From Puniceicoccaceae bacterium (GTDB taxonomy: Bacteria; Verrucomicrobiota; Verrucomicrobiia; Opitutales; Oceanipulchritudinaceae), in NCBI GenBank assembly GCA_040830765.1, contig JBFOMH010000017.1, forward strand, positions 224,001 to 288,000: DNA of 64,000 bases, read 5' to 3'. Made by a program: the position numbers and the translations under genes. Under the pieces are notes generated by a model. It did no database searches. It had not been told where the DNA came from and saw nothing but the letters and a program-made list of their open reading frames with translations. This document shows positions 20,250 to 29,423 of this stretch, piece after piece. How positions within the stretch are numbered: position 1 is the first letter of the stretch; each line of letters opens with the position of its first letter.

Positions 20250-22682
20250 TCAGGGCAATGCGGTTTCAAATTGCAGAAAGAGTGGTCCCGATTGCAGGGA
20301 ATCCAGAGTCCAGGAAAATTCGACTGACTTAAACTCCGGTCCATCAGTTGGGTGATCCGTCCAGTTGACGGCATGAAGGCCGTCGGAGGCCCAGTTTTGC
20401 AAGTCCGAACCGCTGTATGGATTGAGCGCGTTTTCCATAACGGATGCCACCCTGTTGAATCGTGCCACGAGACCGGTCCCGGTTTCGACGGAGAGACTGA
20501 ACGGCTGGCCCGGATCCCCTTCGAGAGGGCTTCCTCCAAAGACGAACTCCTCGATTAAACTCCATCCGTCTCCGTCCAGGTCTGTGTCCGGGTCCTGGTT
20601 GACGACGAGGAAATACTCCCGCAGCCAGGCAACAAACGCATCGTGTTGGGTTGATAGGGAGGCAGCAGGGGTGTAGCGGAAAATGAATCCCGGCCCAACT
20701 TCTGGATCCGAGGTATCCGAGGTCAGCCCTCCGAATACACTGATTCCATAGAATGAACCCTGGTGGTAGAGGAGCCTGCGCATGGGTGTGTTGCCCTGTA
20801 GCCCGGAGGTGAATCGGTGGAAGACGGTAAAGTCCGTCCCGTCCTCCATCATGCTGAAAAGTGTTCCTGCTTCGCCCCCTGTTCCATTGCTGCCATGGGC
20901 GACCCCATAAAGTGCGCCACTTGCGTCAATTGAGATCAAGGCGCCGTTTGGTTTCGAACCCGTACCGGGGTTCAGGCCGAAATCGTGGAGAATATCCAAC
21001 TCGCCGGTGGAAGTTGAGTAGGCGAATATGTTCCCCATGCTGTTGGCGGTGAATACCTCCCCGAATGTCGTTCCGATAAACGTGTCACCACCATCCCAAT
21101 ACAAGTCGTCATAGGGGTGACCGCTCTCGCCAGCACCATCGAAGCTGTGCAACAGCTCAAACACATGACTGTCTTTGTTGATTCGGTAGAGGCTGCCGAA
21201 ATTGTCCGAGCCATGCTCAAAGAAGTCTGAGGCGGTTCCGTAGAGCCAGTCACCAACTGGCAGCAGTTGTCCAGTCGGGTGGCGGCCGGTATCGACTGTA
21301 AAGCTATGGAGCAACTCGATGGGCCCGGTCGGCAAGGGGAACTTGTAGAGGGCGCCACCAAAACCCGTGCTGCCACCATGGTAGGTTGTTCCGTAGAGGG
21401 CACCGTCCATAAGGATAGGCGCGGAGTGAGGGGCCCATCCAGTACCTGATGCCAGGGTGAATTCATGGAGGGTTTGAAAATTAGTGCCGTCCAGATCCAC
21501 CTTGAACAGTGTTCCCCGGTCATCTGATCCGCCAAACTTAGTCACTCCGTAGAGGGTGGTTCCGTCGGTGGCCAATCCGTTGAAGACCTCCCTGCCATCC
21601 ACTCCGTCAAATGCATGCAGGGTAGTCAACTTGAGGGTCGAGGGGTTGAAGCAAAAGACGGTGCCGGCATCATCGGGTCCCCCCTTGTAGGTTGAGCCGT
21701 AGAGCTTGCCTCCGGTCTCTATCAACTCACTGAAGCTACGGAATCCGTCACTGCCTTCAAACAGGTGCACCGGACTGAAATGACCATGTATTTCCGGATA
21801 TCCATTCAATTTGAATATCTGCAGGAAGGCCTCGATTTCCAGGAGGCTGAGGTGGATCACCGGTTTGTCTTCCAGTGAAAATTCCGGCAGGTACAGAAAG
21901 AATGCATGCGACTTGCCTTCCCATAGCCGTAGTTTTGCGGGATTACCCAATAAGCGTACCGCTTCCGCAAAATCCGAGGATTGGTCGGGGGGAACAACGG
22001 AGTCGGCATCACCGTGGAGTAGCAGGGCCGGCGGATCATTGCTGTCGATATGCAGTAGTGGTGAAATGGATTCAGCTAATGCAACATCCGATGGCGTCAA
22101 GCCGGGTTTAGTCATGGCCCATGAAATGGAGGTCAGAAGGGTAATCGGATTGACCAGTATGGTGGCGGCCGGGTAGGGCTGGGGTACCGGAATGCCAGAG
22201 GAGCGAGGATCCTCAATGTATCCAATGCAACCGGCAAGGTGACCCCCTGCAGATTCTCCACCAACGATGATTTTGTTCGCATCGACGCCCAGGGATTCAG
22301 CATTTTCATGAATCCAATAGAAGGCATCCCGGACATCCTCCACGCAGTCGAAGATCGTTGATGAGTCACCGGCAAGCCGGTACTCGATGGAAATGGCGGT
22401 ATACCCGAGGCGAGCAAAGTAGGCAGCATGCGGGTACAGCTGTTGGGGGTTTCCGTTCTCCCATCCCCCACCATGAATCCAGACGATGCAGCTGCGGCGG
22501 GTATTGTCCTCGGGTAATGGCTCAAAGACGTGAAGCGAGAGATCGGTGTTTCCGACTGTCTTGTAGGCGATTACCTGGTCCGGTCCCGTATCGAGCAAGG
22601 CGTCCTCAAACAGGCCCGCGACGTCCCTCGCAGTAGTGACTTGCAAGCTACAGAGGAGAACCGGTATCGCGAGCCATCGCAT
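20250..22682 (-). CDS. Secreted alpha/beta-hydrolase (esterase) fused to 7 GloVer-like beta-propeller repeats and a C-terminal DxDGDG module
   Basis: Signal peptide. HGGGW, GESAGG, HGDAD and HAFF form the catalytic triad motifs. Seven LYG.T..GG....G..F repeats, then DLDGDGWSLIEEFVFGGSP. Confidence 0.82.
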   Translation of the reverse strand: MRWLAIPVLLCSLQVTTARDVAGLFEDALLDTGPDQVIAYKTVGNTDLSLHVFEPLPEDNTRRSCIVWIHGGGWENGNPQQLYPHAAYFARLGYTAISIEYRLAGDSSTIFDCVEDVRDAFYWIHENAESLGVDANKIIVGGESAGGHLAGCIGYIEDPRSSGIPVPQPYPAATILVNPITLLTSISWAMTKPGLTPSDVALAESISPLLHIDSNDPPALLLHGDADSVVPPDQSSDFAEAVRLLGNPAKLRLWEGKSHAFFLYLPEFSLEDKPVIHLSLLEIEAFLQIFKLNGYPEIHGHFSPVHLFEGSDGFRSFSELIETGGKLYGSTYKGGPDDAGTVFCFNPSTLKLTTLHAFDGVDGREVFNGLATDGTTLYGVTKFGGSDDRGTLFKVDLDGTNFQTLHEFTLASGTGWAPHSAPILMDGALYGTTYHGGSTGFGGALYKFPLPTGPIELLHSFTVDTGRHPTGQLLPVGDWLYGTASDFFEHGSDNFGSLYRINKDSHVFELLHSFDGAGESGHPYDDLYWDGGDTFIGTTFGEVFTANSMGNIFAYSTSTGELDILHDFGLNPGTGSKPNGALISIDASGALYGVAHGSNGTGGEAGTLFSMMEDGTDFTVFHRFTSGLQGNTPMRRLLYHQGSFYGISVFGGLTSDTSDPEVGPGFIFRYTPAASLSTQHDAFVAWLREYFLVVNQDPDTDLDGDGWSLIEEFVFGGSPLEGDPGQPFSLSVETGTGLVARFNRVASVMENALNPYSGSDLQNWASDGLHAVNWTDHPTDGPEFKSVEFSWTLDSLQSGPLFLQFETALP

Positions 22683-22687
22683 TGGTA

Positions 22688-23428
22688 TTAAATCTTGTTG
22701 ATCATGTTGGCGAGGTAGGCAGCTCCGAAGCCGTTGTCGATATTGACCACACTTAGCCCGGAAGCGCAGGAGGTAAGCATTCCCAGCAAGGCCGCTACTC
22801 CGCCAAAACTGGCCCCGTAACCGACACTGGTTGGAACGGCAATGACCGGAACGCTGACAAGGCCACCAACAACGCTGGGCAGAGCCCCTTCCATACCGGC
22901 CACCGCGATAACCACCTTGGCCTTGCGCAATGTCTCAAGGTCGGCAACCAACCGGTGCAACCCGGCAACCCCGGCATCATAGATGGTGTTGACCGTGTTG
23001 CCGTAAAACTCGGCGGTTATGCGAGCTTCCTCTGCCACTGGCAGGTCGGAAGTACCAGCACAGACTATGCTGATGAAGGATTCTGTTCCCGTTGTGGGGG
23101 AATTTTTAAGGACCACCGTCCGGGCGGTTTCTGAATGCTCCGCCTTGGGAAAAGTCGCTGTTAAGACTTCCGCTTTCTCCGGAGCCACGCGTGTGATGAG
23201 AACATCCTGGTCCCTTTGCAGGAGGCTGTTGGTGATATCGACCAGTTGTTGGGGTGTCTTGCCCTCGCCAAAAATGACTTCGGCAGCCCCGTTCCGTTCG
23301 AGTCGATCGTGATCCACCCGCGAGTGGCCAATGTCTTCATAGAGGCTGGAGCGCAGCTTTTCGACAGCGGCATCCACTTCCATCTGGCCGCTTTCCACGG
23401 CCTCAAGTATTTTTCTAAGATGCGACAT
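22688..23428 (-). CDS. larB: Nickel-pincer cofactor biosynthesis carboxylase/hydrolase
   Basis: DHDR..R.G..EVIFGEGKT, CAGTSDLPVAEEA, AGMEGALPSVVGGL, PTSVGYG and CASGLSVVNIDNGFGAA. Confidence 0.95.
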   Translation of the reverse strand: MSHLRKILEAVESGQMEVDAAVEKLRSSLYEDIGHSRVDHDRLERNGAAEVIFGEGKTPQQLVDITNSLLQRDQDVLITRVAPEKAEVLTATFPKAEHSETARTVVLKNSPTTGTESFISIVCAGTSDLPVAEEARITAEFYGNTVNTIYDAGVAGLHRLVADLETLRKAKVVIAVAGMEGALPSVVGGLVSVPVIAVPTSVGYGASFGGVAALLGMLTSCASGLSVVNIDNGFGAAYLANMINKI

Positions 23429-23429
23429 G

Positions 23430-24587
23430 CTAATCCTTCAATTTTTCTTCAACTTCCCTGAGTGAAAGGTTGTTTTCCCGGGCAATGCGACTGAGGTCAT
23501 CAAACTCCACTTTCGAGCGGATAAGCCTACCATCCAGGAATGCGGACTTTACCCGGACCTTGCCGAGTGGGGTTTCTTTTTCCGAGATCTCCCGGTCCAG
23601 GATGGTCCGGTTCCATGAACGCCAGCGCACCCCGAGGGTCGTGCTGTGTTCCAGCAGAATCGTCGTGATGCTTTCCCGATCACCTGGCTGTATCAGGATC
23701 GACAATACACAACCCATGCGGCCTTTCTTGAAGGTGGCTGGTGTTTGCCAGACGTCGAGGGCTCCGGCTTTCAATAATTCCTCAACCAGGAAGGCGACAT
23801 GTTCCGGGGACATGTCATCGAGATTGGTGGCCAGTTCGATAACCTCACCCGAAGGGGCTGTTGCCTCGCTCGTTTCCTCGATCAGGGAGACATAGACGAC
23901 ATTGGCCGCCGCAGGATCGTCCCGCTGGCCGATACCGATGCCCGTGGCGAGTGTTTTCCCAGTAATGGCCTCGCCGAAATGGCACTCTTTTCCCACAAGG
24001 AGGGCGGCACCCGTCGGGGTGGTGGCTTCACCGGAGGTACCGCCGAACGAGACCGGAAGATCTTTCACCAGCTTGGCTGTTGCCGGGGCGGGTACAGGCA
24101 TGCGGCCATGGGCACACTGGACGGTTCCACTACCCAGCTCCACGGTGGAGGCGGCAACCCGGTCAATCCCCAAAAGTTTCCAGCAGATGGCGGCGCCCGT
24201 TATATCGATGATGGAATCGATGGCTCCGACCTCATGGAAATGGATGGCTTCGGGTGGCTTGCCATGAACGGCACCTTCCGCTTCCGCCAATGCCCGGAAG
24301 ACCGCAATCGCATCCCGTTGCACATCCGAATCAAGCGCCGAGTTCTCAATGATATCCTTGATATCAGCAAACGTGCGGTGGTGATGGGAGTCCTCGTGCG
24401 TGACATCACAGCGCGTCCCGGCGATTCCCTTCCGCTTGTCCTTTTCAAACCGCAGGGACCATCCCTCAAGATGGAGCTTTTGTAATTCCTCAACAATGGC
24501 ATCCGGCTCAACACCAAGGTCGACCATGGCTCCAAGGTTCATGTCTCCGCAGAGGCCGGCTGGACAGTTGTAGAATAAGGTCTTCAT
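23430..24587 (-). CDS. larC: Nickel insertase (LarC1+LarC2 in a single frame)
   Basis: GLCGDMNLGA, His patch HEDSHHHR, HFHEVGAIDSIIDI, AHGRMPVPAPAT, TPTGAA, TNLDD, KKGR and TTLGVR. Confidence 0.95.
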   Translation of the reverse strand: MKTLFYNCPAGLCGDMNLGAMVDLGVEPDAIVEELQKLHLEGWSLRFEKDKRKGIAGTRCDVTHEDSHHHRTFADIKDIIENSALDSDVQRDAIAVFRALAEAEGAVHGKPPEAIHFHEVGAIDSIIDITGAAICWKLLGIDRVAASTVELGSGTVQCAHGRMPVPAPATAKLVKDLPVSFGGTSGEATTPTGAALLVGKECHFGEAITGKTLATGIGIGQRDDPAAANVVYVSLIEETSEATAPSGEVIELATNLDDMSPEHVAFLVEELLKAGALDVWQTPATFKKGRMGCVLSILIQPGDRESITTILLEHSTTLGVRWRSWNRTILDREISEKETPLGKVRVKSAFLDGRLIRSKVEFDDLSRIARENNLSLREVEEKLKD

Positions 24588-25304
24588 TTAAAATCCAAGA
24601 TGAATAGCGGTTCCACACAGTAGAATGATGAGGCCGGCCATGACATGGCCATAACGGCTGAAGCGCCGGAAAGGAATCCATTCCATGCCGCGTTGCATGA
24701 GATAGACCACACCCATCATGGTGCCGATAGTCGATGCGGCAAACAGGAGGGTCGTCATCCCCGCCAACCACCAGTCGTGTTGCACAGCCGGGAAGAAGAG
24801 GATGGGAATAAATGCCTCACAGGGGCCGAAAATGAAAATGACGAACAGGCTCCATGCGGTGACGGTGTGACGTTGATTGGCTAAATGGGGATGAGCGTGT
24901 TCTCCCTTGTGGGTATGCGGATGGCGGTGGATGGTTCCGTCTGCATGGACATGGGTGTGGCTGTGCTCCTTCTTGCGCCCCAGTCCCTTGATGGCCCAGG
25001 CCAGGTATATTGCTCCCATGCCAGTCAGTAACCAGGCAGCGATGGTTCCCCGCGCGGATTCAATCCACTCCAGGCTTCCAAGACTCCAGCCCGCGAGGAC
25101 ACCGATGGCTCCGAGCGCAATCGAACCAAGGACGTGACCAAGGCCGCAAATACCCGTCAGGAGCAGGGTTTTCCGGGCGGACCATTTTCGGGCTTTGGCC
25201 AGGGCGACAAAGGGCAGGTAATGGTCCGGTCCCAGCAAGGTGTGTGTCACACCGACGACCATGGCCGTCAAGAGGAGAGCGCCTGAACTGGAATCAATGA
25301 GCAT
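24588..25304 (-). CDS. His-rich nickel transporter-like membrane protein (UreH/NicO/DsbD_2-like)
   Basis: About 6 TM segments. HTLLGPDH, GHVLGS, His loop HSHTHVHADGTIHRHPHTHKGEHAHPH and GPCE. Directly abuts larC. Confidence 0.8.
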   Translation of the reverse strand: MLIDSSSGALLLTAMVVGVTHTLLGPDHYLPFVALAKARKWSARKTLLLTGICGLGHVLGSIALGAIGVLAGWSLGSLEWIESARGTIAAWLLTGMGAIYLAWAIKGLGRKKEHSHTHVHADGTIHRHPHTHKGEHAHPHLANQRHTVTAWSLFVIFIFGPCEAFIPILFFPAVQHDWWLAGMTTLLFAASTIGTMMGVVYLMQRGMEWIPFRRFSRYGHVMAGLIILLCGTAIHLGF

Positions 25305-25410
25305 ACCGCTAGAACGCTAACTGCAGTCGGCCGCTTCGCAAATCAAATTCCCATTTCCCATTGTCCAGCTTCATTTGACAAGCTGCAGCATCGTGGCATC
25401 ATGGTTATTC

Positions 25411-26235
25411 ATGTCCAATGACCTCCCCATTGATGACTGTCTTGCCCGCCTGTCCGGGTGGTTTGCCGATGCGCCCGGTGTTCTGGTGGCATTTTCCGGA
25501 GGCGTGGACAGCTCCCTGGTGGCGTTTCTGGCACATCACTATTTAGGCGATGAGCGTTCACTGGCCGTGATATCCGCGTCACCCAGCCTGAAGATGTCCG
25601 AACTGGACGGGGCACGGGCCTTTGCCCGACGGCACAAGATACCGCTGGAGGTCATTACTACCCGGGAGATGGAGAATCCCAATTACACCAGCAATCCGGC
25701 CAATCGCTGTTATTTTTGTAAGCATACGCTCTATACCGAGCTGGCGGAGATGCGGGAAAAGTACCCTGATTGGTGGGTCCTGAACGGGCAAAACACGGAT
25801 GACCTTGGTGATTATCGTCCGGGCCTGCAGGCAGCGCGGGAGTTTGAAGTCCGGGCTCCTCTCGGTGAATGCGGCATCGACAAGGAAACGGTACGGCGGC
25901 TCGCGGCCCATTTCGGTCTGGAGTGCTGGGACAAGCCTGCCAGTCCCTGTCTATCCTCCCGCGTGCCCTACGGGCAGGAAGTAACCTTTGAGAAGCTGCG
26001 CCAGATTGAGAGTGCTGAACAGTTCCTCAACGAATCAGGATTTCCGGTATGCCGGGTTCGCCATTACGGTGATACCGCGCGCATTGAATTGCCCGCGGAG
26101 AAGATAGCCGCCATACAGGCAATGCAGGAGATTGTCCGGGAGAAATTCCAGGAAATTGGTTTTCAGCATGCGGAAATTGATCCCGAAGGATTTGTCTCCG
26201 GAAAACTGAACCGCGTGCTGGGCACAGCGAACTAG
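25411..26235 (+). CDS. larE: NPN cofactor sulfur transferase
   Basis: ATG 25411. PP-loop AFSGGVDS, NRCYFCK, G.N.DDLGDYRPG, WDKPASPCLSSRVPYG, RVRH and GFVSGKLN. Confidence 0.94.
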   Translation: MSNDLPIDDCLARLSGWFADAPGVLVAFSGGVDSSLVAFLAHHYLGDERSLAVISASPSLKMSELDGARAFARRHKIPLEVITTREMENPNYTSNPANRCYFCKHTLYTELAEMREKYPDWWVLNGQNTDDLGDYRPGLQAAREFEVRAPLGECGIDKETVRRLAAHFGLECWDKPASPCLSSRVPYGQEVTFEKLRQIESAEQFLNESGFPVCRVRHYGDTARIELPAEKIAAIQAMQEIVREKFQEIGFQHAEIDPEGFVSGKLNRVLGTAN

Positions 26236-26238
26236 TCC

Positions 26239-27453
26239 TTAAGCAAAGTAGCGTTCCGAGCGCCGGGCGATTTCCGGGTAATCCACGTTATAGTGGCAAT
26301 CATCGCGCAGGCGGGATAGATCCAGTCCGCTGTGCTGACGTTCGCTGGCGTTGAGGCTGGCAAAGTAGTTGCGCGCCTCGATTTCCCCGTCCCGTTCATA
26401 ATAAGTGACATAGCGGGAAATGTCCTGGAAGGCATATTCGGTCTTGTTGGCCCAGTCGTTGCAACTGGGGCATCCCGGGCACATGGGGGCCTTGGTCATG
26501 TAGGCGATTTCCCCGAGGGTGTCACGAATCTGCTGGTCCACCGGCTTGGAGTAGGCCAGGGCGGCGCCGACGTTTTCCTCGATTTGTTCCACGTTCTTCA
26601 TGGAAGAGCAGATGGAAGCGATACGGGTGTCGCTCCAGACGGAGTGGAGCAGAGCCTGCTGGGTCGTCAAGCCGGTTCCCTCAAGATTGGGGTGTGTCTT
26701 TGGCGACTCGGCAAAGGGTTGCATCTCCTTCATGGCAATCAGTCCGATGCCCGCCTTGTGGAGGGCATCAAGAGCCTGGTCCAGTTCGTCCCCTGGTTGC
26801 ATCAGGGGATTGTACTTCAACATGATGGCATCGCAGAATCCGCCTTCCGCAGCGGCGTTGAGGTACTCAATGAGCTTGGCATCATGGCAGGAGAAACCGC
26901 AGTACTTGACCTTGCCGCTGGCCTTCAATTCATCAAAGACATTCTTCAGGCGCTCGCTCTTGGGCCATTCCAGGGACTCCTTGCCGTACTGGCGTGTCCC
27001 GATGCCGTGAATGAAAAAGAGGTCCATGTACTCCATGCCCATGTTTTCAAGGCGCTTGTCGACCATGGTCAGCAGTTCCTCGGGTCCCTTGGTCGGATGG
27101 TCCTTGGTGACAATGAAGACGTCCTTGCGACGCTCCGGGTAACGCCGGCACCAGGCACCGACATTCTTTTCCGATTGTCCCTTCATGTAGCAGTCTGCTG
27201 TATCGAAATAGCGGATACCCATGTTCCAGGCAATGTCGAGGTACTGCGGGCTGTGGGCATTCATCATGCCCCCGATGTTAAGCATTGTTACCATGGGCCC
27301 GTTTTTTCCGAGCTGACGCATGGGAAGGGCCTTGGCGGATTCGGACTTTCCCTCGGCGGCAGCTGCAGTTGCGGGAATGGCGGCAACGGCAGCCGGGATG
27401 GCGACGGAGGACTTGAGAAAGTTTCGGCGGGAAGTGGATGGATTCTTTTTCAT
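26239..27453 (-). CDS. Tat-signal aldo/keto reductase with Cys-containing (Fe-S-like) C-terminal extension
   Basis: SRRNFLK Tat motif. YFDTADCY, IVTK, MDLFFIH and IAMK. Tail CPGCPSC...DDC. Confidence 0.9.
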   Translation of the reverse strand: MKKNPSTSRRNFLKSSVAIPAAVAAIPATAAAAEGKSESAKALPMRQLGKNGPMVTMLNIGGMMNAHSPQYLDIAWNMGIRYFDTADCYMKGQSEKNVGAWCRRYPERRKDVFIVTKDHPTKGPEELLTMVDKRLENMGMEYMDLFFIHGIGTRQYGKESLEWPKSERLKNVFDELKASGKVKYCGFSCHDAKLIEYLNAAAEGGFCDAIMLKYNPLMQPGDELDQALDALHKAGIGLIAMKEMQPFAESPKTHPNLEGTGLTTQQALLHSVWSDTRIASICSSMKNVEQIEENVGAALAYSKPVDQQIRDTLGEIAYMTKAPMCPGCPSCNDWANKTEYAFQDISRYVTYYERDGEIEARNYFASLNASERQHSGLDLSRLRDDCHYNVDYPEIARRSERYFA

Positions 27454-27467
27454 AACTTTGGGATGGT

Positions 27468-27671
27468 TTACTTGATTTTCCTTTCGAGGCTTTGGATCCG
27501 TTTCCCCATGCGGGTCAGGATCTTGCGATAGTGGGATGGAAGCTCAGCGCACAACTCGCAATGGAACCGGGTCGCCGTGCTGTTTTTCTCGGGGTAAGTG
27601 TACTTTTCGCCACAGGCCCCGCAGGTCTTTTCGCGGGTTGCCGGTTGCAGCTTTAATTCCTTAACGGGCAT
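27468..27671 (-). CDS. Small two-CxxC (putative zinc-binding) protein
   Basis: 67 aa with CGAC...CELC. AGGA RBS. Fills the gap between co-oriented genes. Confidence 0.7.
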   Translation of the reverse strand: MPVKELKLQPATREKTCGACGEKYTYPEKNSTATRFHCELCAELPSHYRKILTRMGKRIQSLERKIK

Positions 27672-27680
27672 AAATGATTC

Positions 27681-29423
27681 CTAACGCTTTTTCTTCACCA
27701 GGTCGAGCAAACTGGAGGGATCACCGCCATCCATGAGGAGGCGTCGGTCGGTGGAACGGGTTTCCCCGATGGCCGTAACCCGGATGGCAGCATGGTCCTT
27801 GACCGGGCATTCGTGTTCACAAATGCCGCAGCCGATGCAGAGGGAAGGATCAACATAGGGACGCCGGACGGTCATGGAGCCGCCGTCGCGTTTCCGGATG
27901 GTGACCTCATGCGAATAAATGGCCTTGGGTGATGTTGGGCACACTTCCTCGCAGACCACACAGGGGGTTTCCATGGCCCAGGGAAGGCAGCGACCGTGGT
28001 CGTAGAAGGCGGTTCCGATCTTGACCGGACCCTGTTCGGCAAACTGGCCACGGCCGTTTTTCTCCTCGATGGAGATTCGCTGGATGGCACCGGTCGGGCA
28101 GACCTGTCCACAAAGGGTGCAGTTGAGCTCACAATAACCCACCTTCATGTTGAGGATGGGCGTCCAGAATCCTTCCAGACCGGCTTCCATGACGGTTGGC
28201 TGGAGGACATTGGTCGGACAGACGCGGATGCACTGGTCGCACTTGATGCAGCGTTCGAGGAAACCTTCCTCGGCCACGGAACCTGGCGGACGGATGACCT
28301 TCTTGTTGAAGTTGGCGTCGCTGTCCCCGGAAGCCCGGGCGACCGCGTAGCCGGCTACACCCAGCAGGGAGGCGAGGGCGGCCCGTCTTCCCGGAAGGGG
28401 CGGGCCAGCGACCTCATGTTCCTTGTTGGGCATGAAGCTGAAGGAGATGGCATCGACCGGGCAGTCATCGATGCATTCAAAGCAGACAAAGCACTCGCTC
28501 TTGCGCAACTGGGTGTGGGGATCGCTGGCTCCCTGGCAGTTCTTGAGGCAGGCATCACAATCGATGCACTTGTTGGGATCGCGCTCGATACGGATGACGG
28601 AAAACCGTGAAAGAACCCCGAGAAAGGCCCCCAAGGGGCAGACCGCGCGGCAGAAAAAGCGCGGGATGATGACGTTCATCCCGACAAAGAAGAGAAGGAT
28701 ACCCCCGATCAACCAAGCCCCGACATGAAAGTACTGTTCAACGTAGAAGGTGTCCGGGAAGATCAGGTTGATCCCCGGGAGGATGGCCGTGGCCATGGAG
28801 CGGTGGAAGAGACAGATTGGGTCGAGGAGGCCTATCTGCAAGGAGCCGAACAAGGCGGCGACGATCATCGCCAGCCAGATAACATACTTCAGTTGCTGCA
28901 GGTTGGAGAAGCGGTTCGACTCGATGCGCTGCTGTTCATCCCGGCTGCCGAAAAGGAAATTGGTCAGTTGGTGGAGCGTCCCGTAGGGACAGATCCAGTT
29001 GCAGAAAAAGCGGCCCAGGAGAAGGGTGGGGATAAGCAGGATGAGCCCGAGAATGAGGGCTTTGTAGACAGTGCCGGTGGTTATCGCGGTGGCCACGCCG
29101 ACCAGTGGATCAACTTCAAGGAAGAGGGAGACCGGATAGCCCTTGAGGTAGCGCAGGTCGGTGATGACGACAAAAAACAGGAAAAGGATGAAGAAGAAGG
29201 CCTGGGAAATGATCCGCACCCGGGTGATGCGCATGTCGGCCATGATGGTGCTGAAAAACCAGCCTATGGCCCGGGCGAAGGCATTCCGCGGGTCCGGTAC
29301 GCTTCCGCGGGAATTATTCTTGGCGGACTTGATATAATCGGTGACCGGAGATTCCGGGCGTGTTTCCTGTTCCGGTTGATGGCCCTTGCCGCCACATCCA
29401 CAGTTGCCGCTGCCACAGCTCAT
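27681..29423 (-). CDS. Polytopic membrane polyferredoxin (NapH/YccM-like fused to NapG/MauM-like)
   Basis: TMs with [10 protein letters not shown] and [10 protein letters not shown], two 4Fe-4S motifs, then IRPPGS...[16 protein letters not shown] and three more Cys clusters. Confidence 0.9.
   Translation of the reverse strand: MSCGSGNCGCGGKGHQPEQETRPESPVTDYIKSAKNNSRGSVPDPRNAFARAIGWFFSTIMADMRITRVRIISQAFFFILFLFFVVITDLRYLKGYPVSLFLEVDPLVGVATAITTGTVYKALILGLILLIPTLLLGRFFCNWICPYGTLHQLTNFLFGSRDEQQRIESNRFSNLQQLKYVIWLAMIVAALFGSLQIGLLDPICLFHRSMATAILPGINLIFPDTFYVEQYFHVGAWLIGGILLFFVGMNVIIPRFFCRAVCPLGAFLGVLSRFSVIRIERDPNKCIDCDACLKNCQGASDPHTQLRKSECFVCFECIDDCPVDAISFSFMPNKEHEVAGPPLPGRRAALASLLGVAGYAVARASGDSDANFNKKVIRPPGSVAEEGFLERCIKCDQCIRVCPTNVLQPTVMEAGLEGFWTPILNMKVGYCELNCTLCGQVCPTGAIQRISIEEKNGRGQFAEQGPVKIGTAFYDHGRCLPWAMETPCVVCEEVCPTSPKAIYSHEVTIRKRDGGSMTVRRPYVDPSLCIGCGICEHECPVKDHAAIRVTAIGETRSTDRRLLMDGGDPSSLLDLVKKKR

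Noticed and set aside
5386..22682. Accessory block as a mobile element or genomic island
   Set aside because: No integrase, transposase, tRNA or flanking direct repeats were seen, and I could not quantify any composition shift.
23430..24587. Programmed frameshift in larC
   Set aside because: The LarC1 and LarC2 motifs are in one continuous frame here.
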